Shown piece after piece: positions 11,263 to 20,051 of a DNA stretch of 64,000 nt. The DNA lies in assembly GCA_021776805.1 (NCBI GenBank), contig JAJFFD010000088.1, positions 1 to 64,000 of the forward strand, written 5' to 3'. This DNA comes from Planctomycetota bacterium (GTDB lineage Bacteria > Planctomycetota > UBA1135 > UBA2386). A program made the position numbers and the translations under genes. The notes beneath the pieces are model-generated. The model searched no databases and was not told where the DNA came from. It was given only the letters and a program-made list of their open reading frames with translations. How positions within the stretch are numbered: position 1 is the stretch's first letter; every line of letters starts with the position of its first letter.

Positions 11263-12765
11263 TTGTTTGATAATCCTGAACTGCTCTTGGCTCTCGGCGC
11301 AAGCATCGTCGTTGCCTTCATCTTCTTGCTGCTGATTGCGAAGCGCTATAAGCGCTGCCCCAGCAACAAGGTCCTGATTATCTACGGCAAGGTGAAGGCA
11401 GGCGAATCCGCTAAATGCCTGCACGGCGGTGGCGCCTTTGTGTGGCCCCTTATTCAGGACTACGACTACCTGTCACTGGACCCGATGCAGATCGAGGTGC
11501 CCCTGCGGGGAGCACTCTCCAGCGAGAACATTCGCGTCAACGTGCCAAGTGTCTTCACAGTTGCGGTGGGCACCCAAGCGGCGGTCATGCAGAACGCTGC
11601 CGAAAGACTGCTGGGGCTCAAGGTCAATGAGATTACCAAGCAGGCCGAGGACATCATCTTTGGCCAATTGCGGCAAGTTATCGCCTCCATGGCCATTGAG
11701 GACATCAATAGAGACAGAGACAAGTTCCTCGAAAGCATCCACAACTCCTTGGCGCAAGAACTCGAAAAGATCGGCCTCATCCTCATCAACGTGAACATCA
11801 CCGACATTACGGATGAGTCCGGCTACATCGAAGCGATCGGTCGCAAGGCAGCCTCCGAGGCCATCCAGCAAGCTGAGATCGACGTGTCCTTGCAGCAGAA
11901 GATGGGCGCAATCGGCGTAGCCAATGCCACCAAGGAACAGGAGATCGAGGTTGCAAATGCTGCCAAGTTCCGCGACATCGGCACCAAGGAAGCGGACCGA
12001 GATCGGCGTATCCAGGTTTCGAAGGCAGATGCGGATGCGGTCTTTGGCGAGAACCAGGCGAAGGCACAGATCGCCGATGCCAATGCAAGTCTGCACGTCA
12101 AAGAGGCCGAGGCCTTTCAGATCTCAGAAACCAAGAAGAGAGAGGCGGACGCGGCGGTTCGCGAAGCCCAGTACGTAGCGGAATCGCGGACCGCAGAAGC
12201 GCTCGCCGACAAGATTGAAAAGGAAAAGCGGGCCGAGCTAGAAGCGGTCGCCAAGGCCGAGAAGGCCAAGCAGATTGTCGATGCCGAGGCGCTCGGTCAA
12301 CAGAAGCGCATCGACGCGGATGCGGAAGCCGCCGCCAACTTTGCTCGCCTGGAAGCGCAGGCACGTGGCGAATATGAGATCCTGGCAAAGAAGGCTGAGG
12401 GCTTGCGTCTTATCGTCGAGAACTGCGGTGGAGCCCAGCAGGCCTTCCAACTGCTCATGCTAGAGCAACTACCCAAACTCTCGGAGACCGCCGCCACAGC
12501 GATCTCGAACATCAAGTTCGACAAGGTTGTGGTCTGGGACGGTGGCGGCGACGCAAATGGCGGCACCTCAGGCTTTCTGAGAAACATGGCCAACGCTCTC
12601 CCGCCAATGCTGCACATGATGCGCGATGTTGGCGGCGTCGAGATGCCCGAGTTTCTTGGCAAGCTGGTCGGAGAGGAAGGCGCCTCTGCTGCAAAGGCTA
12701 CTGATTCCAGTCCAGCCCCGGCTCCCTCGACTCCCAGCGAGAGCAAGGAATCCGATACGAACTGA
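11263..12765 (+). CDS. Flotillin-like SPFH/Band-7 protein (FloT/YuaG/YqiK family)
   Basis: N-terminal TM, SPFH domain (YGKVKAGESAKCLHGGGAFVWPLIQDYDYLSLDPMQIEV), then a long Ala/Glu-rich coiled-coil flotillin region. Confidence 0.85.
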   Translation: MFDNPELLLALGASIVVAFIFLLLIAKRYKRCPSNKVLIIYGKVKAGESAKCLHGGGAFVWPLIQDYDYLSLDPMQIEVPLRGALSSENIRVNVPSVFTVAVGTQAAVMQNAAERLLGLKVNEITKQAEDIIFGQLRQVIASMAIEDINRDRDKFLESIHNSLAQELEKIGLILINVNITDITDESGYIEAIGRKAASEAIQQAEIDVSLQQKMGAIGVANATKEQEIEVANAAKFRDIGTKEADRDRRIQVSKADADAVFGENQAKAQIADANASLHVKEAEAFQISETKKREADAAVREAQYVAESRTAEALADKIEKEKRAELEAVAKAEKAKQIVDAEALGQQKRIDADAEAAANFARLEAQARGEYEILAKKAEGLRLIVENCGGAQQAFQLLMLEQLPKLSETAATAISNIKFDKVVVWDGGGDANGGTSGFLRNMANALPPMLHMMRDVGGVEMPEFLGKLVGEEGASAAKATDSSPAPAPSTPSESKESDTN

Positions 12766-12768
12766 GCC

Positions 12769-13407
12769 TCACTTCATCGCTGCCCGAACACGCCCCTCGA
12801 GCTGGTTCTTCATGCCTCGCTGGCGACCCTGCTCGAGGGCAGCATCCGGGTCGAGACCGTCGACAAAGTAGGCCTTCAATGCAAAGAGCCCACCGACGCG
12901 ATTGCCGCTTCCGCAGTGCACCATCACCGGGTGGTTCGCAGGATCATCGAGAATCGCTGCCAGTGCGCGCGCATTCTCTTCGGTGTAGCCACCCCCATTT
13001 GCCATCGGGATTTGGACGAAGCGCATGTCCAGTTCTTCAACCATCGCCTTTTCGCCAGAGGTCCCCGCTTCGCTTTCCCCACGGAGAGTGATGATCACCT
13101 GGTAGCCCTTGTCGGCCGCCTCAGCGAAATGGGCTTCGCTGGGTTGACCACCCAGGAGCACGCTGTCATCGATGAGGATTGAATTGATGATCTCGACCTC
13201 GAGATCACTCGCTCCGGCTGTGCTGGCGGGGTTTTCTCCGCCCTTCTCCTTTGCGCCTTCTTCGGCATGCTCTTCACCGGCCGGAGTCATGGCAGTGGAA
13301 TCCGCCTGGTTGTCAGGCGATTCCGCCGTGCCGGCAGCGTTGGAATCCGAGCAGGCCAGGGGGAGAAGAAAGCAAAGAGAACAGACTGTGAGTGTAATGC
13401 GCATCAT
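12769..13407 (-). CDS. Lipoprotein with CX5R phosphatase-like (DUF442 / dual-specificity phosphatase fold) domain
   Basis: Signal peptide with Cys (LLPLACSDS). P-loop HCGSGNRVG (CX5R). Confidence 0.6.
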   Translation of the reverse strand: MMRITLTVCSLCFLLPLACSDSNAAGTAESPDNQADSTAMTPAGEEHAEEGAKEKGGENPASTAGASDLEVEIINSILIDDSVLLGGQPSEAHFAEAADKGYQVIITLRGESEAGTSGEKAMVEELDMRFVQIPMANGGGYTEENARALAAILDDPANHPVMVHCGSGNRVGGLFALKAYFVDGLDPDAALEQGRQRGMKNQLEGRVRAAMK

Positions 13408-13476
13408 GGACCTCTTGAGGGCTTGGACCATGTTCTCCATTTCCCCTTCGATATGTCAATCGAAGCGCCAGATTTG

Positions 13477-14244
13477 CTACTCCTTCTTCCTGAGCACCGA
13501 CGCCATGTAGGAGCGGATTCGCTCTCTGGAATCAGCTGAGTCCCAGATAGCTCGCATCTCCTGCCCGAAGCGGTCCCCGGATGCTGCCAGGCTTCGCATG
13601 ATGGGATCGCGCAATTGGCGCTTGGTGAGACTGAAGGTTGCCTGCGGGATCTCAGCGAGCTGCTTGGCGGTGTCCAGGGCCTCCCTAAGAACTGCTTCAG
13701 CTAGTTGGTCGACCAAGTTGATTCCCAGAGCCTCCGCTGGTGAAAGGAGTCTCCCACGGTAGATCAATTCCTGAACCACCGGAGGAGATACCGCTTGTTG
13801 CATGAGCTCGAGAGCGATTGGGGGGAAGGGCAGCCCAACCAAGAGTTCTGTGACCCCGATCTTGGCCTGCTCCGGTGCCATGATGCGGTGATCACAAGCA
13901 ACTGCCAGGATGCAGCCACCGGCAATGGCGTGCCCGTTGATTGCAGCAACTGCAGGCACGGGCAGCGCAAGCAATACGCGAAAGCAGGCGTCCAACTGGA
14001 TGCAAAACTCTCTGCAGTATCCTTCGTCTTCAGCGAGCAATCGCTTCAGATCTACGCCTGCGCTGAACATTCTGCCAGCGCCGGTCAGGACCATGGCCCC
14101 CTCGCTGTCAGGATCCCATTCCTCGAGTACCTGCCTCAGACCCAAGAGGAGTTCCAGATCGAGGGCGTTCGCCTTGCCATTCTCGATTGTGACAAGACCG
14201 ACACCGTCCAGACATTTCTTGTGCACTGCCATGGTCTCACCCAT
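13477..14244 (-). CDS. Enoyl-CoA hydratase/isomerase (crotonase) family protein
   Basis: Crotonase fold motifs: VTIENGKANALD, LTGAGRMFSAGVDL, AAINGHAIAGGCILAVACDHRI. Confidence 0.75.
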   Translation of the reverse strand: MGETMAVHKKCLDGVGLVTIENGKANALDLELLLGLRQVLEEWDPDSEGAMVLTGAGRMFSAGVDLKRLLAEDEGYCREFCIQLDACFRVLLALPVPAVAAINGHAIAGGCILAVACDHRIMAPEQAKIGVTELLVGLPFPPIALELMQQAVSPPVVQELIYRGRLLSPAEALGINLVDQLAEAVLREALDTAKQLAEIPQATFSLTKRQLRDPIMRSLAASGDRFGQEMRAIWDSADSRERIRSYMASVLRKKE

Positions 14245-14286
14245 CCTAAGCGGCCTACCTAGGCTCCAGCCACTGCCCAAGAAGAC

Positions 14287-15009
14287 ATGCAAGCTATCAA
14301 GGCCCTACCTCTCATCGTCCCGATCTTCCTATTCAGCAGCTGCCAGGCTCCTCAAGGCGGCGAGAACTCGCCCGCTGCGAAGGAGGAGAGCGTTCGTCCT
14401 AACGTCAATGACCGCTTCCTCGATCCCGACATGAATGTTGAGGAACTGACTCAGACCTTCGAGGTTGAGTCGCGCGAGATCTTTTCCGAACGCTACGACA
14501 TCGTCGCTGCTCTTGGCTTGAAGCAGGGGATGGATATGGCTGACATCGGAGCAGGAACCGGCCTCTTCCTGCGTCTGTTCTCAGAGGCTGTCGGGTTGGA
14601 CGGACAAGTCTATGCGGTAGACATTTCCCCCAAGTTCATCGACCACATCAGCACGAGAGCGCGCGACGCAGGCTACGACAACGTGCAGACTGTGCTGTGC
14701 AAGGAAGACTCTGCGGAACTGCCAGCGTCTTCTGTCGACCTGGCCTTCGTTTGCGATACATACCATCATTTTGAATATCCCCGGTCGACTCTAGCCAGTC
14801 TTCGCTCCGCCATTCGACCCGGTGGTGACTTGGTGGTCATCGATTTTGAGCGCATTCCAGGGGTGTCGAGACCCTTCATTCTCGAGCACATGCGAGCTGG
14901 AAAAGACGTCTTCACCGCTGAGATTCTCGCCGCCGGATTCACCATGGTGGAAGAAGTAGAAATCCCAGGCCTCTCCGAGAACTACTTCATTCGCTTTCGA
15001 AGACCGTGA
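14287..15009 (+). CDS. Class I SAM-dependent methyltransferase with lipoprotein-type signal peptide
   Basis: N-terminal LPLIVPIFLFSSCQ (signal + Cys). Motif I MADIGAGTGLF, motif post-I VYAVDIS. Confidence 0.7.
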   Translation: MQAIKALPLIVPIFLFSSCQAPQGGENSPAAKEESVRPNVNDRFLDPDMNVEELTQTFEVESREIFSERYDIVAALGLKQGMDMADIGAGTGLFLRLFSEAVGLDGQVYAVDISPKFIDHISTRARDAGYDNVQTVLCKEDSAELPASSVDLAFVCDTYHHFEYPRSTLASLRSAIRPGGDLVVIDFERIPGVSRPFILEHMRAGKDVFTAEILAAGFTMVEEVEIPGLSENYFIRFRRP

Positions 15010-16283
15010 GGGTAGAGCCTGCAAGTAGGCACCTCGGCATTTTTAGCGCCGCAGCTCTGGTCGTAGCCAGCATGATCGGGGCCGGTGTATTCACCACCTC
15101 GGGTCTCAGCCTGATTGGCCTGCCGAGTCGGCCGCTCTTGTTGCTGGCCTGGGGGTTGGGTGGACTCATCGCCTGTTCTGGCGCGCTCTGCTACGGCGCC
15201 CTCGCCAGGCGCATTCCCGAATCCGGAGGCGAATACCTCTTCCTAGGGAGAATTGTTCATCCCGCCTTTGGCTTCTTGGCGGGCTGGGTATCGCTGCTGG
15301 CCGGTTTTACGGCTCCCATCGCAGCAGCAGCTCTGCTTCTAGGCGCCTACCTGGCGCCAGAACTCAATGACAAGCTCTTGGCCTGCGCCGCGATTGCATG
15401 TGCCGCGGGCCTGCACATCGTCAAAATGAGTGGCGGAGTCTGGGTTCAGAACACAGCCGTCAGCATCAAGCTCCTGCTCATCACCGGTTTGATTGTCTAC
15501 GGAGGCATGAACCGGCCGGAGCTCAGTGCGGAACAACTTGCCCTCGAAGGCGAGAGCAGCCTTGGCTCCTTTGCCGTAGCACTGATGTGGATATCGTTCT
15601 CCTACTCTGGGTGGAATGCAGCCGTTTACATCGCCGGCGAGATTCGTGAACCAGCAAGAAACCTCACTCGCGCACTGCTTCTGGGGACCATCACGGTTAC
15701 CTGCTTGTACCTTGCCCTGAATACGGTCTTTCTCTATTGCGCGCCAAGCTCGAGCATCGTCGGCCAGGAGGACATCGCTGCGCGGGTGGCTGGCGCCATC
15801 GGCGGCGATGGTCTGCAAGGCTTCGTGCGCCTGCTTGTAGGCCTCTGCCTGTTCACCTCGATCTCTTCTAACGTCATGCTCGGCCCCCGTGTCTACGCCA
15901 AGATGGCCGAGGACGGGATCCTGCCACGACTGTTCGCGAGCTGGGGAAAGAACCCAAGAGCTGCGATCGCCCTCCAAGCCCTGATGGCGATGCTTGTCGT
16001 GGTAAGTTCCGACCTGAGCGAGCTGCTGAGCTACGTGGGCTTCACTCTTGGCATATCGACTGCTGCTGCCGTCGCAGGTCTGATTCTGTTGCGACGACGT
16101 GAAGGAGCCGCAGCTGTCCCAATTCCCGGCTATCCCCTGATCCCCTTCTTCTTCCTAGTCGCCACTCTCTCAACGGCCATTTTCATGGCGCCGGAGAGGC
16201 CTGTGGAGGCTCTTCTAGGCCTCGGGACTCTGGCCCTCGGGCTACCTCTCTACTTCTTGCGAAGGAGAGGTAGCCCGAGTTGA
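15006..16283 (+). CDS. APC-superfamily amino acid permease
   Basis: 12-TM profile and an APC signature region (ASMIGAGVFTTSG; GGEYLFLG). 4-nt overlap with the upstream gene. Confidence 0.85.
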   Translation: MRVEPASRHLGIFSAAALVVASMIGAGVFTTSGLSLIGLPSRPLLLLAWGLGGLIACSGALCYGALARRIPESGGEYLFLGRIVHPAFGFLAGWVSLLAGFTAPIAAAALLLGAYLAPELNDKLLACAAIACAAGLHIVKMSGGVWVQNTAVSIKLLLITGLIVYGGMNRPELSAEQLALEGESSLGSFAVALMWISFSYSGWNAAVYIAGEIREPARNLTRALLLGTITVTCLYLALNTVFLYCAPSSSIVGQEDIAARVAGAIGGDGLQGFVRLLVGLCLFTSISSNVMLGPRVYAKMAEDGILPRLFASWGKNPRAAIALQALMAMLVVVSSDLSELLSYVGFTLGISTAAAVAGLILLRRREGAAAVPIPGYPLIPFFFLVATLSTAIFMAPERPVEALLGLGTLALGLPLYFLRRRGSPS

Positions 16284-16287
16284 GTGC

Positions 16288-18036
16288 TCAGTTGATCCGA
16301 CGATCCTGAGCACGCTTGCGCATGTCCTCGACCATGGCTCGCACCTCGGCCATTTCTTTGCGCAAGGCTTCGATCATCTCCATGAGGTCCCCGTGGGTGT
16401 GGGCGCCACTGCCCCCTGAACTCGAGGAAGCCCGTACCTGACCGGTTCCTGAAGGAGACCTGCCTGAACGAATGGTCCCTGCGCGCGCAGGAGCCTCACG
16501 CCTTACTCGAGTAGCCCGCGGAGCCCTTGCTGCCCGCGGAGCGCGCGCGGCCTGAGGTGCCCTTGCAGCACGTGGAGCGCGGACTGCCGTGGGAGGAGCG
16601 TCCGCCTTCGTGCTGGTGCCACTGCTCACGGATCGTCGCAAGCTGACCCTTCCACGAGGGGTGTTCTTCGAGTCCTTAGCCTGGGAATCTGCACGATCCT
16701 TCGCACGGGCCACACGAACCTTGGCGGCAGCCTTGGCCTTTTCTGCACGCGCCATGGAGTCGGCCTTAGCCTTAGCGCTGCGCGCCTTGGCGGCAACCTT
16801 GGCTTTCTCTGCCCGAGCCTTGGACTTTGCGGCCCGAGACTTGGCATCCTTCTGGCGCTTCTCCGCACGTGCAGCATTCTGCTTGGCACGGCTAGCATTC
16901 CTCTTGGCCGTGGCTTCCGCTCGCTTGGCCGCGGCCTTGCTTCTTGCGGCCGCACGCTCAGCATTCTGCTTGGCACGGCTGGCGTTCCTTTTGGCCGTGG
17001 CCTCCGCCCGCTTGGCGGCCTCAGCGGCTTGCTTTGCTTTGGATTCGTCCGTGGCACGCACTCGTCGCTCGACGCGACCGCGAGGCTCGGTATTGCTACG
17101 CACGCGGACACGGCCTGAGCGCACAGGGTCCTGCTCGACGCGGACAACGCCACGCGGCGCAACCTGAACATTCACGGGGCCTCCCTTGAGGTCACGGATC
17201 GCATCTTCAATCCCCTTCAGCGACTGCTTGAGAGTGTCTTCAAGGTCTGCTTCGAAGTTCTCACCGAGGACCTTCTCCAGCTTGACCCGCACATCAGGAT
17301 CTGCCAACTCAACCTTCAGTTCCTTGAGGGCGTCTTGGACTTGGAGGCGAGCATCCTTCATTTCGACATGAGCATCCTTCATGGCAGCCTTCAAGGCCTT
17401 CTCGATGTCCACGCGAATCTCCGGATCGGAGATCTCGACTTCCATTTCCTTCATGGCCTCCTTCAGCTCGGCCTCGATCTCGATGCGGATGTCTTGCGGG
17501 ATCTCACGCATGGCATGCGCGACCTCCTCCCTTGCCTCCATCAGCTGCGCGCGTAGTTGGTCCGCATTGGGCATCTCGCGCCGAACCTCTGCCATCGCCT
17601 TGCGGATCTCAGTCTGGATTTCCTCCATGACCTCTTCGGGCACCTGATCCATGGCCTGTTCAACCTGCTTCCTCGCCTGTTGAAGCTGTCGGCGGATCTC
17701 GTCAGACTCGGGCATCTCCCTCTGCATTTGGGCCATGGCCTTTTGCAGGTCCTTCATGCCGGCATCCAGATCCTTCTCTAGATCCTTCATCTGCACAGTC
17801 AGTTGCTTGCCCTGCTTTTCCAACTGCAGACGTGCCTTGGCGAGTTCCTTCTCAGCTTCCTTGCCAAGGCCGGCCTTCTCCAGTTCTTCCAGCATCTCGG
17901 AAACGGCCTCGATCACGGATTGGGCGATTTCTTCTTTCTGCTGTTCCCGTTGCTGCTTCTTTTCTTGTGCAGAAAGACAGCTGTTGAGCAGCAATGTGGC
18001 GCCTATGGCCATGGTGACTACGATCTTACGGATCAT
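16288..18036 (-). CDS. Highly repetitive coiled-coil lipoprotein (charged heptad region + basic Ala/Arg/Lys tandem repeats)
   Basis: Start at MIRKIVVTMAIGATLLLNSC (lipobox). ~300 aa of E/K/M-rich coiled coil, then AKRAEATAKRNASRAKQNA tandem repeats, (A)PRAARAP repeats and a C-terminal coiled coil. Its ATG overlaps the M56 gene stop. Confidence 0.6.
   Translation of the reverse strand: MIRKIVVTMAIGATLLLNSCLSAQEKKQQREQQKEEIAQSVIEAVSEMLEELEKAGLGKEAEKELAKARLQLEKQGKQLTVQMKDLEKDLDAGMKDLQKAMAQMQREMPESDEIRRQLQQARKQVEQAMDQVPEEVMEEIQTEIRKAMAEVRREMPNADQLRAQLMEAREEVAHAMREIPQDIRIEIEAELKEAMKEMEVEISDPEIRVDIEKALKAAMKDAHVEMKDARLQVQDALKELKVELADPDVRVKLEKVLGENFEADLEDTLKQSLKGIEDAIRDLKGGPVNVQVAPRGVVRVEQDPVRSGRVRVRSNTEPRGRVERRVRATDESKAKQAAEAAKRAEATAKRNASRAKQNAERAAARSKAAAKRAEATAKRNASRAKQNAARAEKRQKDAKSRAAKSKARAEKAKVAAKARSAKAKADSMARAEKAKAAAKVRVARAKDRADSQAKDSKNTPRGRVSLRRSVSSGTSTKADAPPTAVRAPRAARAPQAARAPRAARAPRATRVRREAPARAGTIRSGRSPSGTGQVRASSSSGGSGAHTHGDLMEMIEALRKEMAEVRAMVEDMRKRAQDRRIN
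16480..17040. repeat. Intragenic tandem DNA repeats (~96-nt unit x2 plus 18-21-nt Ala/Pro/Arg-encoding units)
   Basis: The near-identical block gcacgctcagcattctgcttggcacggct(a/g)gc(a/g)ttcc...ttggccgtggc...tccgc.cgcttggc recurs at ~16860 and ~16955. Short gcccgcggagc/gcacgtggagc repeats lie at 16490-16580. This produces spurious long ORFs in all frames. Confidence 0.7.
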
Positions 18037-19460
18037 TTTCGATCTCCTCTCAATTGGGGTTCTGTTCCTTCGTTGGAGTCCGCTCGCGATTCGGCGACAC
18101 GGGGTTCCAACCATTCATCCATCACTCCGAGGAACAGATCGCGATGCCGTTCCAGCGAAGCAAGTTTCGCGTCGAGCTGGGCCAACATGGCCAACAACTC
18201 TTGGTCTGGGGAGTCGCTTGCCAGTTCTGCACGCAAGAGGTCGACCTCTAGGTGCAGCTCCTCGAACTCCGTCTGCATTTGTTCTATGAGCTTGCCGAGC
18301 AAGTCCAGAGCCGATGCCTCGGCATCTCGCACCGTGACCGGGGCTTTCGCCTGGACCTCGACCTCTTGCAGCTCTGCCCCTGGCAGTAGGGTCGTTGCAG
18401 CTGTGAGGACGGCTGTGGAAAGAGGCAAGAGCCAGAGACGATGCCTTAAGACTCCCGGGCGATCCTTTTTCAACAGCCTCTCCACCCGCTGCCTGAGAGC
18501 CGATCCCTGTCCCGCCATTCCTGTCACTCCCAGTGGCAGGGCTTGTCGGCCAGCCGCCATCCAACCGGCGACCTCCAGCAGACAGCGCGCGGTGTTCAGA
18601 CTGCCAGTGAGTTCCGCAGCAATCGCATCGCTGCGGTATTCAGCGAGTAATTGCAGTTCACGTCTGGCCTTGCGCAGCAGCGGCTGCCAGGGGAAGAGGA
18701 CTACCATGCAACCCGAGATGCGTAGCCAGAGAGGGTCTCTCCGCATGAGATGCCCGAGTTCGTGGGCGAGCATACTCTCCAGCCCCTGTTCACCGAGCTC
18801 CGTCAGGGCTCGATCAGGGAGACAGATTTCGGGGCGGAAAACGCCGAAGGCGATTGCCGTCTGCATTTCCGAATGACTGCTGAGGCGCACCGCACGCCAA
18901 TAGCCGGCCTTGGCAGTCAGGCGTCCAAGCATCGCGGGCGCGGCACCGTCCCTAATGGGTTGGCGGCGTCGCAGCAGCCACCAGGTCGGTAGCGATCTGA
19001 TGAATCCATGCAGGCAGGCGATGCATGCCGTCAAGGCTGCGAACAGAACCGACAGGGTCTCCCAAGTGACGGAAGTCGCAACTGCTTGTGGTGACTTCTG
19101 CGCTTGTTCCGTGGTTGGAAACGGCAGGGTCGATTCCCTCGAATCTGGCCGCGAATGGCTCTGAAGAACTCGCTCACTCTCGATGGGTGCCAGCGAAAGC
19201 TCGCTTCTCCCGGCCGGGATCTCGAACCTGGCAACCTGGGTCAGGTGCCCGGCCAAGGGCTCGGCTACCAGGGCTAGTTGGCAGCTCGCGCTTACCAAGG
19301 CCCCAAGAAGAGCGAGTTTCCAGGCCAACTCTCGGTAGGTCTCGGCAAGGCGGTGCCATGACTTGGTGAGCAACCAAGCGCCCGCCAGCAAGACCGAGCT
19401 GTGGACCGCGAAGGTCAGCAGCCAAGCTGCCATCCAGGAAAGCAGAGTCTCAGGATTCAC
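18033..19460 (-). CDS. BlaR1/MecR1-like M56 family membrane metallopeptidase / signal transducer
   Basis: Four N-terminal TM segments, the HEXXH zinc motif in M56 context (LAHELGHLMRRDPLWL), and a C-terminal coiled-coil domain. Likely GTG start at 19460 (preceded by aggag) or ATG at 19433. Confidence 0.8.
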   Translation of the reverse strand: MNPETLLSWMAAWLLTFAVHSSVLLAGAWLLTKSWHRLAETYRELAWKLALLGALVSASCQLALVAEPLAGHLTQVARFEIPAGRSELSLAPIESERVLQSHSRPDSRESTLPFPTTEQAQKSPQAVATSVTWETLSVLFAALTACIACLHGFIRSLPTWWLLRRRQPIRDGAAPAMLGRLTAKAGYWRAVRLSSHSEMQTAIAFGVFRPEICLPDRALTELGEQGLESMLAHELGHLMRRDPLWLRISGCMVVLFPWQPLLRKARRELQLLAEYRSDAIAAELTGSLNTARCLLEVAGWMAAGRQALPLGVTGMAGQGSALRQRVERLLKKDRPGVLRHRLWLLPLSTAVLTAATTLLPGAELQEVEVQAKAPVTVRDAEASALDLLGKLIEQMQTEFEELHLEVDLLRAELASDSPDQELLAMLAQLDAKLASLERHRDLFLGVMDEWLEPRVAESRADSNEGTEPQLRGDRK

Positions 19461-19851
19461 GCGACTCCTGGTCCTTATCCTCTTGCGCTCTCTCGAGGCT
19501 TCGCCGCAAGACCTCGAGTTCCTCCCATTCCACCTCACCGGCGTCCACCAGGTGGCTTACCAGCGCCTTCGGGTCGCCTGCGAAGAGGCGCTCAACGAGT
19601 TCAGCGACCATGGATCGATGCACGTCGCTACGTTCCACGGTGGGGCTATAAATGAACTGGCGACCTTCCAGGCGATGCTTCACCACCCCCTTCGTCTCCA
19701 TCTTCCTGAGCATGGTGGCGATCGTTGTTGGTGCCAATCCACGCTCTTCGAGAAGGGCTTGATGAACCTGGGCAGAGGTCGCCTCCCCCTCTGTCCAGAG
19801 GATGTTCATAATCGCGAGCTGAAGTTCTCCGAGAGTCTTGCGTCTGCCCAT
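19450..19851 (-). CDS. BlaI/MecI/CopY-family transcriptional repressor
   Basis: Winged-helix penicillinase-repressor domain (LGELQLAIMNILWTEGEATSAQVHQALLEERGLAPTTIATMLRKMETKGVV). Confidence 0.85.
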   Translation of the reverse strand: MGRRKTLGELQLAIMNILWTEGEATSAQVHQALLEERGLAPTTIATMLRKMETKGVVKHRLEGRQFIYSPTVERSDVHRSMVAELVERLFAGDPKALVSHLVDAGEVEWEELEVLRRSLERAQEDKDQESRES

Positions 19852-19879
19852 GTGATGGCCCAGGTAGACGGCGAACTAC

Positions 19880-19897
19880 TTAGGTAGTCGTCGAGTA
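19880..19897. promoter_or_regulatory. Candidate BlaI-type operator palindrome in the divergent promoter region
   Basis: ACTAC-TTAG-GTAGT inverted repeat ~30 nt upstream of the BlaI-like start codon, in the 200-nt region shared with the divergent CRTAC1-like gene. Confidence 0.3.
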
Positions 19898-20051
19898 TTG
19901 TCGGAGAGCTCAGAATTTTTCCGCGCAACCATGGGCTTCTCGGGTGATATGCCTTCCCTATGCGTGGGAGCGTATGGGTCCTTTCGCGCCAAAAGAAGGC
20001 TATGCTTTTGCAGCACGGTAGCCTGCCCTTTCCCTGACCCGCCCACGACCG

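Noticed and set aside
16589-17171. Long ORFs on both strands (16589..17167 +, 16626..17171 -) inside the lipoprotein gene
   Set aside because: Generated by the tandem repeats. Ala/Arg low-complexity translations overlap the real coiled-coil lipoprotein frame.
17803-18876. 357-aa plus-strand ORF antisense to the M56 peptidase / lipoprotein junction
   Set aside because: Ser/Arg/Cys-rich low-complexity translation antisense to two well-supported genes.
19852-20051. Possible tRNA or small RNA in the 200-nt BlaI / CRTAC1 intergenic region
   Set aside because: No cloverleaf-compatible sequence or conserved tRNA boxes seen. Interpreted as a divergent promoter/operator region instead.
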